A stretch of DNA of 64,000 nucleotides from Mobula birostris (lineage: Eukaryota): the NCBI RefSeq assembly GCF_030028105.1, contig NC_092372.1, positions 26,912,034 through 26,976,033 on the forward strand, read 5' to 3'. The notes below the pieces were generated by a model. That model worked only from the letters and a program-made list of their open reading frames with translations, did not search any database and was not told the origin of the DNA. Made by a program: the position numbers and the translations under genes. Shown here one piece after another: positions 1 through 13,800 of the stretch. Every line of letters starts with the position of its first letter. The first letter of the stretch is position 1.

Positions 1-295
1 CTATCGAGAATGAAAACAACAATAGGATAGAAATTGGATCATTAGCTTCCATTCCTTACTTTCACATCATATATAAAAGTGTTTTATTCTGGGTGAATTC
101 ATGTCCCATTGGGAATTGAACCAGGAATGACATGTACTAACCAAGCTAGCAGCTCTTTGTTTCTGACATTTCACGTGCAGTTCCTCACACCACTGTTCAC
201 ATGATTTTAATTTCTACCCTTACTTAAATTACCTGAAAGTTTTGGGTGCAGCCTATACCTGCTATTGGAAAGTCAAAGCACAACTTACAGAAAGA

Positions 296-745
296 CCATA
301 ATATATAGAAGCAGAATTAGGCCATTTGGCCCAGCGAGTCTGCTCCACCATTTCATCATGGCTGCTCTATTTTCCCTCTTAGCCCCAATCTCCTGGCTTC
401 TCTCGGTATCTCTCCATGCCCTGACCAATCAAGAATCTATCAACCTCTGCCTTAAATATACATAAAGACTTGGCCTCCACAGCCATCTGCGCTAATGAAT
501 TCCACAGATTCACCACTCCCTGATAAAAGAAAATCGTTCTCATCTCCATTCTGAAAGGATGCCCCTCTATTCTGAGGCTATGTCCTCTGGTCCTAGATTC
601 TTCCACCATAGGAAACATCCTCTCCACATCCACTCTATAGAGGCCTTTCAATATTTGACAGGTTTCAATGAGGTCACCCCTCATTCTTCTGAATTCCAGT
701 GAATATAGGCCCAGAGCCATCAAACGCTCCTCATATGACAAGTAC
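296..745 (-). mobile_element. CR1 LINE 3' fragment
   Basis: ORF2 C-terminus YEERL..LGLYSLEFRRMRGDLIE...TRGHSLRI...VVNLWNSL plus CR1 3'UTR. Confidence 0.9.
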
Positions 746-1718
746 ATCCTGCTGCTTTGTTGCATTTATCACACTGCCGTCATTGGCAGGCCAAGAGCTT
801 CAGAAATGATTGCACGCTGCTCAAGGAGTTTGGGGTTCAATTCTGGCCCCACCTGTCAGAATTTTGTATGTCCTTCCTGTCAGCACGTGGGTTTGCACCA
901 GTTCTAACCTACCGGTTGGTAGGTTAATTGGTCATTGTAAATTATCCTTCTAGAGTTAAGTAGGTGGTTTGCTGGGTAGTGTGGCTCATTGGGTCGGAAG
1001 GGCCTGTTCCACGTTGTATCTCTAAGTAAATAAATAAATCTCTACAAAAGCCCCCTTAACATGCTACGAGTAACCGTGAGTGACCTTTCTGACAGTTAGC
1101 TGGTTCAATTATCATTCCAATGGATGCCACATGGATTACACCAACATATCACTTCCAACTCTTTTCCCTCGTGCGTAGCTTGCTTTGACACATGGCACCT
1201 CTCCATTATTAGAGGTATTGTTTTGTCAATGGTTAGATATACAGACTGAACTGGGGACCTTGGGAGAGAGCTGTGCCCAGCAAAAGTGTTCAGTAACCCC
1301 ACATCTTACCTGGATCATTCCAATGAATTTAAAATTTAGAATTTTAAAATCCAAGTTCTCTGTATCTAACAATTCCCGTTAAAGTTCTGTTAAATCTTCT
1401 TCGATATAATCCTGCACCTTGATGCAGCAATTGAAAGATTGGGGTTCAATTCCTGCTACTGTCTGTAAGGAGTCTGTACGCTCTCTCCACGGCCACGTGG
1501 CTTTGCTCCAGTTTTCTTCCACATTCCAAAAGACATACGAGCTAGCCAGAACCGTGGCAACACTTGCAAGCTGCCCCCAGCACGTGTTGGTCATTAAGCC
1601 TAACAACACATTTCACTGTATGCTTTGGTGCACATGTTTCAAATAAAGCTAATCTCACCACAATCAAGAGGAAAAGGAACTTACAAATGAGCAAGGATTA
1701 ACAACACAAAAACTGCAC

Positions 1719-1724
1719 TTTATT
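1719..1724 (-). promoter_or_regulatory. Candidate poly(A) signal of the TRIM-like gene
   Basis: AATAAA on the minus strand about 120 nt downstream of the stop codon. Confidence 0.55.
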
Positions 1725-1843
1725 CTCCTCTCAGTTGTAAATTTAGTCAATACCCATTAACAATGAGCAGTGGGTCCCTCTGTTGCGATCGCAAACAGCA
1801 CACACACACACTGAGAGAGATAGCATTCACTAGAACACTGCTC

Positions 1844-2397
1844 CTAGTGATACAAATACAATCTGAAAATGGTGAGTTGCTGGTCAGTTGAAGTCCCCTG
1901 CTCCACTATGCATGGGCTGTACAGAGGCAGAAGCTGCTCCGTGAAACATGCTCGGAAAACATGTAGTGTTTGCATGGTCTCGGCGTCCAAAAATACCACC
2001 ACACCGCCCTCGTAGTCCACGTAGATACCAATTTGGCCTGGCTTGTGCTGAATTTCAAGCTCAATGTCATTCTCATCACAGGCTTCATAGCAACAGCCAT
2101 ACCGTAATGTCAAACACCAGATGCCTCTACTAGGCTTGTAGATGAGATCCCCGTGACGGGGTACAGAACTATAGGCGACACCAAGATCCCATTTGGTCTT
2201 ATTTCTAACAATCACTTCCCAGTAGTGCTTTCCTGAGGAAATTGGTTCATTACCGAGAACGCATAGACAGGTGTCGAATCTCCCATCAGCATAAGGCACC
2301 GGCAATGCCTCACGGCGAGTTATCACTGTCCGCTGGTTTGGAGAAACTTCGAGGTGAGGATGAGAGGTCAAAGGATCAAAGGTGAAGGCTTCAGGCA
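1844..2397 (-). CDS. TRIM-like gene exon 6: PRY-SPRY (B30.2) domain and stop
   Basis: CTTTCAG|TGCCT; FDPLTSHPHL, SGKHYWEV, WDLGVA, IGIYVDYEGGVVVF motifs; TAG stop. Spliced CDS is 1200 nt = 399 aa + stop. Confidence 0.93.
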
Positions 2398-3415
2398 CTG
2401 AAAGAAAATGTAACAAAAAAATCACATCAGTAAACATGGAAGAGAGGTCATAAAGCCAACATCAGGGAAGCAAGAGATTCTCCAGGGTACACAAGTCTTG
2501 AGCAATACACACACAAAATCTGTGTGGATGGGGTGCTATGGCAGCATTGCAGTTAGTGTAACGCTGTTAAAGCTTGGGCATAGGATTTCGGATTCACTTC
2601 CAGCTCCATCTGCAATTTGTTCGTACGTCCTCTCGTGAATGCGTGGGTTTCCTCCAGATGCTCTGCTTTCCTCCCACATTCCAAAGTTAGTAGGTTAGTC
2701 ATTGTAAATTGTTCTGTGATTAGGTTAAGGTTAAAATAGATGGGTTGCTGGGTGGCACGGCAAGTTGGGCCGAAAGGACCTGCTCTGGATCTCTAAATAA
2801 TTAGATAAAATGTCTGAACTTCTAAATAAATAAACAAACAGTGCTGGAGGAGCTCAGCAGGGTCTCGGCCCGAAACAAACTGCAGCTTGACATTTTGTGT
2901 GTGTTGCTCAAGGAAACTTCAGAACTTTGTAAAAGTGTCCCCACAGCAGTTTATTTCAGCTATTTGAATTTGAGATGACAGATTTCCCCGTGTAACTGTT
3001 ATCCAACCTTGGGCAGAGAAAGCTTGAAATCTGTGCATCACCATCTTGAGATATCGTCCAATCAAACTCAATTTACTTTCATTGGAGCTGTGTACCATGA
3101 GCATTATAGATACTGTACCACTGGCCTGGAGATCCTACAGGAATTAACTACCAGGTCATATGTCATAAAAGTCAAAGAACACTACAGCACAGAAACAAGT
3201 CCTTTGGCCCACATGGTTTGTGTTGAACTATCATTCTGCTGTCCCATCGACTTGCACCCTGACCATAAACCTCCATAATCCTCTCATCCATTATGTATCC
3301 TAATTTCTTTTAAATGTTGAGATTGAAGCTGCATTCACCAGTTCTGCAGGCACCACATCCCAGCTAATTCAATATGATCACCAGGGGCAAGAGGGGTTAT
3401 AAACTGTTCTGTCAC

Positions 3416-3531
3416 CTGTCTGAATTACTTGAAACATCTTCTTCCATACTTTGTACTGCAGTGGGCCAAGAAATTTCTCACTCTTAAAACGGACAATGGG
3501 CTCATTCACAGTTGCACTCGAGCAGCTCGAT
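3416..3531 (-). CDS. TRIM-like gene exon 5 (116 nt, linker)
   Basis: CATCACAG|A...ACAG|GTGACA; SSCSSATVNEPIVRFKSEKFLGPLQYKVWKKMFQVIQT contains the conserved GPLQY.VWK.M linker. Confidence 0.85.
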
Positions 3532-3783
3532 CTGTGATGAGACAAACAGCCTGTCAAGTTGACGTGGACAGAACCACAGTGAAGTATAGCAGTACAGATA
3601 TTTGAGACGGGGCAAGTAGTAGTGAATGAGGAAAAAGTCAGATACAGAAGGAAATAGACAAATTGACAAAAAAATTCCCAATGGGAAAGGCAGAGGTGTA
3701 CGTGAACACAAAGAGGCACAAAATCTGCAGATATAGACAGAAATAGAGAACACGAAAATGCAAATGTTTTATTTTAATCTCAC

Positions 3784-3806
3784 CCATCAGAGGAAATATC
3801 CAGCAC
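3784..3806 (-). CDS. TRIM-like gene exon 4 (23-nt micro-exon)
   Basis: TGTTTCAG|GTGCTGGATATTTCCTCTGATGG|GTGAGA; 23-nt phase 0->2 exon typical of TRIMs; needed to keep the frame between exons 3 and 5. Confidence 0.82.
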
Positions 3807-4159
3807 CTGAAACAGAGAAAAATAATTCATTTAGCCAAGTAGGAAACGAAATGTTAAAAGCTTTGTGTGCATGCCACCTCCTGATCAGTCCTTTCCTATC
3901 TTGCCCATCCCCACAGACCATTAGGACTAGGAACTCTCTGAAGCTTTAAACTGCCGAATGGGGAGGACATTTAGTACAACATACATTAGAGTACCTCAGC
4001 AGATCAGACCTAGCCTTGAATCGACAGCAAATAGATCTTACTGATGGAAGACAAAGTGTCCAGTTCCTTTCACTTCAAAAATGTTTGTGGATAATTCTAG
4101 CAAAACTAAATTTATTTCCCATTTTTATCTGACCAGAGAGAGAGAGAGATAGCATTCAC

Positions 4160-5015
4160 TAGAATATAAAAGTAAGGATGTAATGCTGAGGCTTTAAAGT
4201 GCATTGGTCAGATCACATTTGGAGTATTGTGAGCAATTTTGGGCTCCTTTCCTTAGAAAGGATGTGCTGGCATTGGAGAAGGTCCAGAGGAGGTTTACAA
4301 GAATTAATCTGGGAATAACACAGTCAAGGTATGAGGAGTGTTTGATGTTTCTCGGCCTATACTCACTCCAGTTTAGAAGAATGATGGGGGAACTGACTCC
4401 AAGTTGCTCTGGGGATTTGGATCCAAGGACTCAATTTGGTTCAAAATGCTGTTGTTGTTGTTGTTGCTTGCTTCTATTGGTTGCATTTGTTGTGATTTTT
4501 TTCCCTCTTTCTCCATGGGCACTGGAGCTTGGTTTATTTTTTTAAAAGTGGGTTGTTTGTGACTGCCAGTAAGTAAACAAATCTCAATGTTGTATAATTT
4601 GTACATTCTTTGATAATAAATGCACTTTGAATCTTAGATCTCATTGAAACCTATTGAATATTGAAAGGCTTAGGAAGAGTGAATGTAGCGAAAATATTTC
4701 CTGTAGTGTGGGAGTCTAGGACCAGAAGGCACAGCCTCAGAATAGAAGGATGTCCCTTTAGAACAGAGATGAGAAGGAATTTCTTTAGTCAGAAGGTGGT
4801 GAATCTGTGTAATTCATTGCTACAGACAGCTGTAGAGGCCAAGTCATTGGGTATATTTAAAGCAGAGATTGACAGGTTCTTAATAAGGGTGCCAGAGGTT
4901 ATGGGAGAAGGCAGGAGAATGGAGTTGAGACAGATAATAAATCAGCCATGATGGAATGAAGGAGCAGACTCAATGGGCTGGATGACCTAATTCTGATCCT
5001 GTGTCTTATGGTCTA
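4160..5015 (+). mobile_element. CR1 LINE 3' fragment, interrupted at ~4392-4635
   Basis: VRSHLEYCEQFWAP..KDVLALEKVQRRFTR, resuming at ~4637 with RHSLRIEG...; CR1 tail. Confidence 0.88.
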
Positions 5016-5960
5016 TTGAACCACAGAACTCCAACTGTCCATAGTCCATCCACAACACTCTTTGGAAGGGAATGTATGGTTATTAACCAGTGAAAATGGA
5101 AGAATTGTGGTGAATAAGCAGGATGTCGTGAAAATTGCTCAGGACACGGCCCACCACCCAAGATTTGGATATTATGCCCTCTACTTCCAAGAATAAGTCA
5201 TTATATATTACTGAGCCTTGGGGACTCTGCTGTACACAGCTCTCCAGTCTGGAAAACAAGCTTTTCCTATTGATCTGTTTCCAGTTACACACAGAACAGT
5301 ACAGCACAGTACAGGCAGTAAAGCCCATGATGTCGTGTCAACCCTTTAACCTTACTCAGGCAGTGTTCCACCCATGCTGCTATAGGCTCCTTTAATCCAT
5401 TTGTAGATGTTGAAGTTCCAAAAGGCATCTATCAAATGCTGTTTGGATGGAACTTCCAATGCCTGCATTAACAGGATTTCCTCTATTGGCACTCTCTAAT
5501 GCCAAATACAATTTGTCTTTAACAAATTCACCTGGGCTTTCCTTCTGAGAAATCAATCAGATTTTGCCTTCAATGGTGCTGTTGATCCACTCCCATTGCA
5601 AAAGCACCGTCTAACTAAACATAAAGGCAAAAAGACACAAAAAAGGTCTCCAAATATCATGAGTTAATTTTCTTCACAGAACATAACAGCACAGCATATT
5701 ACAGACCTTTTTTGCCCACGATGTTGGGGCTGGTCATTTAACTCCAAGATCAATCTAACCTTTCCCTCCTACAGAGCCTTCCACTTTTCCTTCATTCAAG
5801 TGCCTATCCAAGACTTTCTTAAATGCCCCTAAAGTATCTCCCTCCATCACCACCTCTGGCCCCACTACATTCGCACCTGTCTGTGTTTAAAAAAAAAAGA
5901 CTAAATTGAAGAGGCAGAAATAAATTTGTATCTTTACTCAGGCCCACAAAAAATAAACAC

Positions 5961-6194
5961 CTTCAAGATTTCACTCAGGTTGTCAGTCTGCAGTGCTGAG
6001 TGGAGAGGCTCAGCCAGCCCAGTCAGACTTCCCACTCTCTGCAAACATTTCATCTTCAACCTGCTCAGTTCTTGCAAGATCCCCTGAGCCTCAGCAGATA
6101 TCTGCTCCGTCAGAGCCTTCTCCTCTGCATCCAGGAAACGCCTCAAAGCGTCAAAATCATCTTCCACCTGGCGCTGGAGTGCATCAGCTTCTTC
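5961..6194 (-). CDS. TRIM-like gene exon 3 (234 nt, coiled coil)
   Basis: TTCCCCAG|GAA...AAG|GTGTTT; EEADALQRQVEDDFDALRRFLDAEEKAL...LSEILK, the classic TRIM coiled-coil F..LR.FL..EE motif. Confidence 0.9.
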
Positions 6195-6529
6195 CTGGGG
6201 AAAAAATATGTAGAAATCTCCAGTTTATGCTCAATCTGTGTCACAGAGGCTCAATTCTACCAATTAGTCTGATATCCTTACAGCCTCTCTATTTCCCCAG
6301 TCATAATCTTAAGTCCTCTTACCCTGATGCAACTGTGACTAATTCTTACGTTTGTCCTGGCACTGATCTGCATGGACCAATAACATCATAGGTTCAATCC
6401 CTAACTTCTGCTGATATAGCTGATCTCAGCTGGGGCAAGGAAAGTGTGTTTAGTGTCTTAGCTGCTTCTAAATAATAGGAAAGTGGGGTCAAGCCAGCAA
6501 CTCTACCTCATTAGGAGCTTGAGACAACT

Positions 6530-7000
6530 TGGTGTGTCACCAAGTTCTTCACCAATTTCTATACATGTATGATGGAAAGCATTGGCACTGGTTACATCAT
6601 TGTCTGGTGTGGAGGCTCCAAAACGCAGGATCACAAGAGGCTGCAGAGACTTGTAGACTCAGCCAGATCCATCAGACGCAAACGTATCTCAGCATATGGA
6701 CATCTTCCAGAGCTGGTGTATCAAGGCATCCATCAGTAAAGACCTTCACCATCCAGAACATGCTATCTTTTTGTTATTACCATTGTCGAGGTGGTACAAG
6801 GGCCTGAAGGCTCACTCAACATTTTAGGAACACCTTCTTCCCTTCAGCCATTGGATTTCTGAAGAGTCCAAGAACCCATGAATGCTATTTCACTATTTAT
6901 ATGTTTTTGTAACTTATCGTAATTTTTCTTTGCACTGTCCTGCGGCTGCAAAACAAATTTCATGACATATACCAGTGATGATAAACTCTGATTCTGAATT
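6530..7000 (+). mobile_element. Rex1/Babar-like non-LTR 3' fragment
   Basis: Degenerate ESILTG.IT.WYG...HP.HA.F.LLPSGRRY-type C-terminus and GATTCT-type tail. Confidence 0.6.
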
Positions 7001-7196
7001 CCAGTCCTGATCACTCATAAGTTACTTTTGCAGAAAAAAAATTGAGGGACTGTTCAGCACTTACAGTCTCAATTTCTGAGGTCAATATGAAATTTGAGCC
7101 ACACATTAGATAGGAGTGTGGCTTGCACACCCAGTGGCTGTCCTACTCAGGAGAGGACGGGAAGAGAACCTATTCTATTCTCGCAGAATTCCTTAC

Positions 7197-7292
7197 CTTG
7201 GTTTTGGTCACACTTCGCTCAATCTCTTCCAATCTTAAGTTTTGCTCCAAACATTTGGATTCCAAATCCTTTGAACACACAGACAGCAATTC
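7197..7292 (-). CDS. TRIM-like gene exon 2 (96 nt, coiled coil)
   Basis: CAG|GAA...AAG|GTAAGG; ELLSVCSKDLESKCLEQNLRLEEIERSVTKTK; a 96-nt phase-0 exon is typical of PRY-SPRY TRIM genes. Confidence 0.88.
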
Positions 7293-7678
7293 CTGAGTAG
7301 TAATTAAAAAACAATGACATTGTTGTTGAAAAAGGTGAATATTGAGAAAGTGTCAGAGACAATAACAGAAAGGCAGGCCAGGTTTCATTGCGGCATCGTC
7401 TTGTGTAAAACAACTAAAAAGACCTAAATATTCCATCCAGACTGGGCAGTGTTATCTGAACTCTTTCCACCTACATGCAAAGTTAAAATTCCAGAGAAAA
7501 ATGGCCAATCGCTTAAGGCACCTACATGTGATCTGCATTGGAACTGGAACCACTTGAGGTGCTTTGAGTAGAAATGGTCTGCTGTGTCCTTTAAGCAGTA
7601 TGATACTAATTAATTAAACTAATTTGGCAGGGGGATGGGAACCACAGTGATAGGGCTGAGGATGCAGCATGTGGTATA

Positions 7679-8532
7679 CAGGTATGCGTCGCTTAACGTC
7701 CACGATACATTCTGTGAAATCAGACGTTATGTGATTTGGACATTGTGTGAACACATTATATACTTAGCAAACCTATATGGAGTACTGTAGTATACCTGTA
7801 TTGACTAAATAGCCAAGAACTTACACTAAAACTGTATACTGTACACTATAATACATACACTATAATTTTTCATTTCATTTTAAACTTAATTTTTTTCACT
7901 TTTTAAACTTTTATGTAAACACTTTCTTAGCCTATATCACACAATTTATCAATATCGTGGTTTGGTCCCGCTTTTTCTTTAATCAATTTGAACAAGCTCT
8001 GTGCTTTAGCAGTGATTGTCAATGTGCTGAGAGGGATTCTCTTTTGTGTTTGGTCCTCAATCCATGTCATTAGCAATTTCTCCATATCCGATATAGGTCC
8101 CTCTCGCATTTTCTTGAGCCTTGTAGTTTTCAATGAAGCCAATCCTTTAACAACTTCCAGAATTTTTTCTTCGTTTTTCAGGATTGTCGTGATTGTCGAG
8201 TGCGACATGCCTAAATCTCCAGCAATAGCATTCACTGGTTTTCCACCTTCATATTTTTTAATAACCTTTTTGTTTCACTTCCAAATCAATACTTTTCCTT
8301 TGCCTCTTGCTGCTGCTGTCACTAGGAGTGGTTTTGCTGCGTTTGGAAGCCATGATGCACTTTATGGTAATATTTTCGAAAGAAAATTAAACAGAGAGAC
8401 AACGCTACTACACTCAAGAGACGCACGATACATGAGGTTGGTTATGTCCGTTACGTCACATTCTCCGATCAGGACTACGGACGCATATGCGGTCGGACGT
8501 TGTCCAAATGGACATAAAGCGGCGCACACCTG
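7679..8532 (-). mobile_element. Tigger/pogo (Tc1-mariner) DNA transposon, internally deleted, inside a CR1 remnant
   Basis: TA|CAGGTATGCGTCGCTTAACGTCCA ... TGGACATAAAGCGGCGCACACCTG|TA; CENP-B-type HTH remnant 7927-8235 (MEKLLMTWIEDQTQKRIPLS); flanks 7500-7678 and 8533-8700 rejoin as CR1 sequence. Confidence 0.85.
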
Positions 8533-8708
8533 TATAACTAGATGAAATGTGTAGTGAGACTCTGAGTAAGGACAGGCAGATGATAGGGTAAAATTAGAGT
8601 CAGTGGGATGAGTTGAAGTGCAACATGGGGGCAAAATTGGAAAGGGTGATGAAAACAGGAATGAAAGTACTATATCTGAATGCACAGATTTTATGGAACC
8701 AAGTTGAT

Positions 8709-10175
8709 CAGTGATTCCCAATGGTGTCCAAAGGGGATGCTAGGGGAAACAGAAGTCGTCTAGGGGCATTCAAGATTTTTGGGAGGGGTGGTAAGGAACA
8801 CCCTAACTTCAGGCACGAGACCTGACCAATCGTTAGTAGAGCAAGCTCTTCCAAAATGAAAAGATGAAGCACCGGAACTCAGGAAGAACCATTGCTCTGG
8901 AAGCTGTAAGCACTCGTCAATACAACATGTCTGAAACTCGGCAATCTCATCTGACATTACCAACTAAATGGACATTATTGGGAATGCAAAAACTAGCAAC
9001 CACAGTGCTCAACAGTTCCCCTTGACTCACGGCATGGAATGAGCTCATGCAATTTAACAATTGGTAAGTCTCTGAACTTTCTCATCATATCTACAGAAAA
9101 CACAATGATACAGCGCAGGCTAGAAGCAAATGGTGAAAGAGAACCAATCAGTGAATCTGCCGATTCCAAAGATTTCTCTTGAGGTGTTCAAAGCGACTTC
9201 AGCTTCAGATGTGTGGTCAAGAACCATCTTTGGGGATTATGAGACATTACGAGCTCTAACTGGATCTTGTAACTAATTGTGCTAACTGGAATAATATGAA
9301 GGTAGCTTGCTGAACACCAGCTCTATCCTGACTAACATTCAGATTCCAACCTGAATCCTTGTCAAAGTAATTTTCGCTGCTCTGATCGTCTTCATCTTCG
9401 CCTTGCCATTCCTTTGCATGCTGCTACCATCGTTCCGTTCGTGTCAACTCGCTGCCGTCATCAATATCCGATAAGCATTCCCAGTTTGTGTTAATTTTTA
9501 ATTTCAATTTAGCCTGGTTAATGATGGATAAATACGCACAGCGCGATCTCTAGCAGTCTGAAGGTGGTGAAGCCTTGAATTTTAATCCTGCTAAGGAACA
9601 GAAACTACAGAAAAGTGCATCAATACAATGTTACATACCTGGAGTATGGTCTTATTCCACTCCTGTCAGATTAGCGACACCCGATGTGTCTTATTAATAA
9701 TACTGTAGTGTTTAATGAAGCCTTTCACAGATGGTGATTTGCAAGAGTACGGCTTAAATTTGCAGTCACCGAAGGATTTTCAGAATCGATTCAAGGGTTT
9801 GAACGATCTGTAAATTCCAGACTGGGTAATTAACCCATTTCTTTGTAAGGTGGAAGAACAAGACGAGAGCTTGAAAGAAGGATAATAAACCTGATGCTGA
9901 TTCTGAATTCAGAATGATGAAGAAGCAAAAATGTTTTTCAAATATGTCATACGAACTTTCATGGTCTTCGGAAAAGAGACAAACTGCTCTTCATTCCATT
10001 TCCATCATCCTACCTTGTTCAAAGAAGCTTCAGTGCAATGAACTTCATATTCACAAAAAACAGAAACTGCTTGGACATTGTTACACTTGGGGACTTAAGG
10101 CTTTTGCTGTCACAACCTGAATCAGATATTTCAACTCTTGTTAAAAACCATAAGGTCAAGGATCACATTGATATT
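8709..10175 (+). mobile_element. hAT/Charlie-type DNA transposon remnant
   Basis: CAGTGATTCCCAA left end; degenerate transposase motifs YLEYG, IPDWVINPF, PFPSSYLV, RNCLDI...GDLRL. Confidence 0.7.
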
Positions 10176-10227
10176 GAAACTGCTATACAGCGCAAAAAAA
10201 CTGCTGTACAAGCCATTCAATCCAGGA

Positions 10228-13200
10228 ATCATTTTCGTGTACTTCCTTTGGACCCTCTCCAGTTTTAGCAAATCCTTTCAAAGATAAGGCACACAAACCT
10301 GTTCTCCAACTGAGGTTTCACCAGTGCCTTATAAAGCCTCAATATTACATCCTTGCTTTTATATTCTAGTCTTCTTGAAATGAATGCTAACATTGCATTT
10401 GCCTTCCTCTCTCCTTCCTCAAAACTACCTGCCCCTCCAGCTAGTGTCATATTATCTGCAAACTTTGTAACAAAGCCATCAATTCCATCATCAAAATCAA
10501 TAACAGATAACATAAAAATTATCATCCCTAACACAGACTCATTGGAACACCAGTCAGCAAAGGCTCCCTTTATTCCCACTCTTAGCCTCCCGCAAACCAA
10601 CCACTGCTTTATCCATGCTAGAATCTTCCCATAACACTATGGGCTTGTAGCTTGTTAAGCAGCCTCATGTGTGGCACATTGTCAAAGTCCTTCTGAAAAT
10701 CCAAGTACATAACATCACCTGATTCTCCTTTGCCTATCCTGAATTCCAACAGATTTGTTACGCAATATTTTCCCTTGAGGAAACCATGCTGACTACAGCC
10801 TGTTTTATCATTTGCCTCCAAGTACCCGGAGACCTCATCTGGCATAATCAACTCCAACATCTTCCCAACCACTGAGGCCAGAATAACTGGCCTATAGTTT
10901 CCTTTCTTCCGCCTCTCTCCCTTCTTGAAGAGTGGAGATACGTTTTCATCCAGAATCATTCCAGAATCTAGTGATTCTTGAACATTACTATTGCCTCCAC
11001 GATCTCTTCAGCTATCTCCTTCAGAATCCTGAGGTGTACACCATCTGGTTCAGCTGACTTATCTACCTGCAGACCTATCAGTTTCCCCAAGAACCTTTTC
11101 TCTGGTAATGGTAACTGTGCCCCTTGACACCTGGAACTTCCACCATACACAGTAAAGACTGATGCAAAATAATTATCCAATTTGTTTGCTATTTCGTTGT
11201 CCCCATTACTTCCTTTGCAGCATCGTTTTCCAGTGGTCTGATATCCGCTGTTGCCTCTCTTTTACATTTAGGTATCTGAAGAAACTTTTGGTATCTTCTT
11301 TAATATCATTGGCTAGCTTAATTTCATATTCCATCTTTACCTTCTTAATGGCTTTTTTTTTAAAAAAGATTTCTTCTGTTGGTTTTTAAAAACTTCCCAA
11401 TCCTCTAGCTTCCCACTAATTTTTGCTCTATTATATGATCTCTCTTTGACTTTTATGTTGGTTTTGACCTCTCTTGTTAGTCATGGCTGTTGTCTTCTTT
11501 CTTTTATAATACTTCTTCCTCTTTGGGATATACACATACTGTGCCATCCGAATTGCTTCCGGAAATTACAGACATTGCTGTTCTGCTGTCAACCCTGCCA
11601 GTGTTCTTTACCAAACAACTCTGGCCAACTCCTCTCTCATGGTTCTAATTTCCTTACTCCACTATAATACTGATACGTCTGACTTTACCTTCTCCTTCTC
11701 AAATTTCAGGGTGAACTCGATCATATTACAATCACTTTCCCCTAAGGGTTCTTTTACCTTAAGCTGTCTAATCAATCCAGAATAGCTGGTCCACTAGAAA
11801 TTATCCATCCTGTAATCTAGCACCAACCTGATTTTCCCTATTTACCTGCATATTGAAATCCCGCCACGACTATTGCAACATTGCCCTTTTGGCATGCATT
11901 TTTAATCTCCTGTTATCATTTGTGGGCTACATCCTTACTACTGTTTTGGGATCTGGATACAACTCCCATCATAGTTTTTACCCTTAGAATTCCTTAGCTC
12001 TATCCACAATAATTCAACACCGTCCGACCACATGTCACCTCTTTCTAATGATTTGATTTAATTTTTTAACAACAGAGCAATACCGCCCCCTCTGCCTTCC
12101 TGCCTATGCTTTCGATGCAATGTGTCTCCTTGGACATTAAGCTCCCAGCTATAGTCTTTCAGCCATAATTCAGTAGTGCCTACAACATCATACCTTCCAA
12201 TCTGCAACTGCACTACAAATTCATTTACCTTATTCCATATACTGTGTGCATTCAGATATTGTATTCAGTCCTGTATTCACCCTTTTCAATTTTGTCTGCC
12301 TTTTAAGTTGCAACTCAAACTGCAATTTTGCTGTATCCACAGCCATTCCTCTACAGATTGTCTCTGTTTGCAAACCTGCTACCTCATCTTCAGCACTATT
12401 ACCCGCCTTTCCTAAGATACTTCCTACAGCTCAGGACACTAGTCGCACCATGCTCAACCTCTTGATTCCTGACTTAGTCTGAGGTCTTAACAACACCTGC
12501 CACCACAGCCTCTCCTCTAACTGTTCTGGCACTCCACTTCCCATCCCCCTGCAACTCTAGTTTAAATCTCACCCTGCAACATTAACAAACATTCCTGCTA
12601 GGATATTAGTTCCCCTCCAATTTAGGTGCAAATCATCCTTTCTGTACAGGTCCCACCTTCCCTGGAAGAAAGCCCAATGATCCAAAAATCTTATGCCTTT
12701 CCTCCTGCACTAACTCCTTAGCCACGTATTAAACCGCATAATTTCCCCAGTTCTGGCCTCACTAGCACATGGCATGGGTAGCAATCCTGAGATCACAACA
12801 CTGGAGGTCCTGCCTTTTAACATAGCACCTAACTCCCTAAACAGAACCTCACCCACTCAACCTACCCATCTCATTGGTACTTACATGGACCATGACTTCT
12901 GGCTATTTACCCTCTCATTTAAGAATGCTGAAGACTTGATCCGAGATATCCCCGACACCCGGGAGGTAGTATACCATCCAGGAATCTCGTTGTTGCCCAC
13001 AGAACCTCCTGTCCATTCCCCTAACTAATAAATCCCCTATCACTACAGCACGCCTCTTCTGCATCCTTTTTTGCCGAGTCACAGAGGCAAACCCAGTGCC
13101 AGAGACAAAACCACTGTGACTTTCCTCTGTTAGATCATTCCTTACCCCCCCCCACCCACAGCATCCGAAGTGATACACCTGTTGTTGAGTGGGATGGCCA

Positions 13201-13800
13201 CGACAGTATTCTGCACTGGATCCTTAACCCCTTTCCTCTTCCTGACTGTCATCCAGTTTCCTGTGTCCTGCACCAAAGGTGAACTACCTCTCCTTATGTT
13301 TTATCTATCACCCCTTTAGCCTCCCAAATGACCCAGAGTTCATCCAGTTCCAGCTCCAACTCCTTAATGTGGATTTTTAGGAGCTGCAGCTGGATGCACT
13401 CCTCGCAGTTGTAGTCATCAGGGACACTGGAGGTCTCCCTGCCTTCCTGCATCCCGCAAGAGGAGCATTTCACTATCCTGCCTGGCATGTCTACTGATCT
13501 AACTGAGCAGATATAAAGAACAGAAGGAAAAAAAACTTGGTTTTCTTTCTCCGAGTGAAGCCTCGAAGAGCTAAAGCCTTAAGATCACCACTTTGACTTA
13601 TGCCTACTCTGGTGATGGCCGCTGTGCTTGCCCCTGCCTTCCTTAATTTGCTCTTGTGAATCAATCCCAAACGCTGATTGGCTGCTGGTCAAAACTATAT
13701 TATGCTGCAGTGACCTACTCCTGCCTTTTAGCCTCGGGCAGCAGACCTGACTGGAGTCTGCTCCTCTCCAAACTTCCGATGTCCGGACTGGTTGCTGATC
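10228..13800 (-). mobile_element. Long degenerate CR1 LINE (5'UTR, ORF1 zinc-finger/esterase, ORF2 EN-RT remnants)
   Basis: ORF1 CSSC...CEEC and VVIGDLLVRG; ORF2 KGNYRPV, QHGFLKGK.C.TNLLEF, YLDFQK.FD.VPH, KFAD. Confidence 0.9.

Noticed and set aside
3532-3552. Upstream acceptor (TTGACAG) for TRIM exon 5
   Set aside because: Puts the exon out of frame with a TGA; the acceptor at 3532-3533 gives the expected 116-nt exon.
7988-8545. 185-aa plus-strand ORF
   Set aside because: Antisense shadow of the Tigger transposase remnant.
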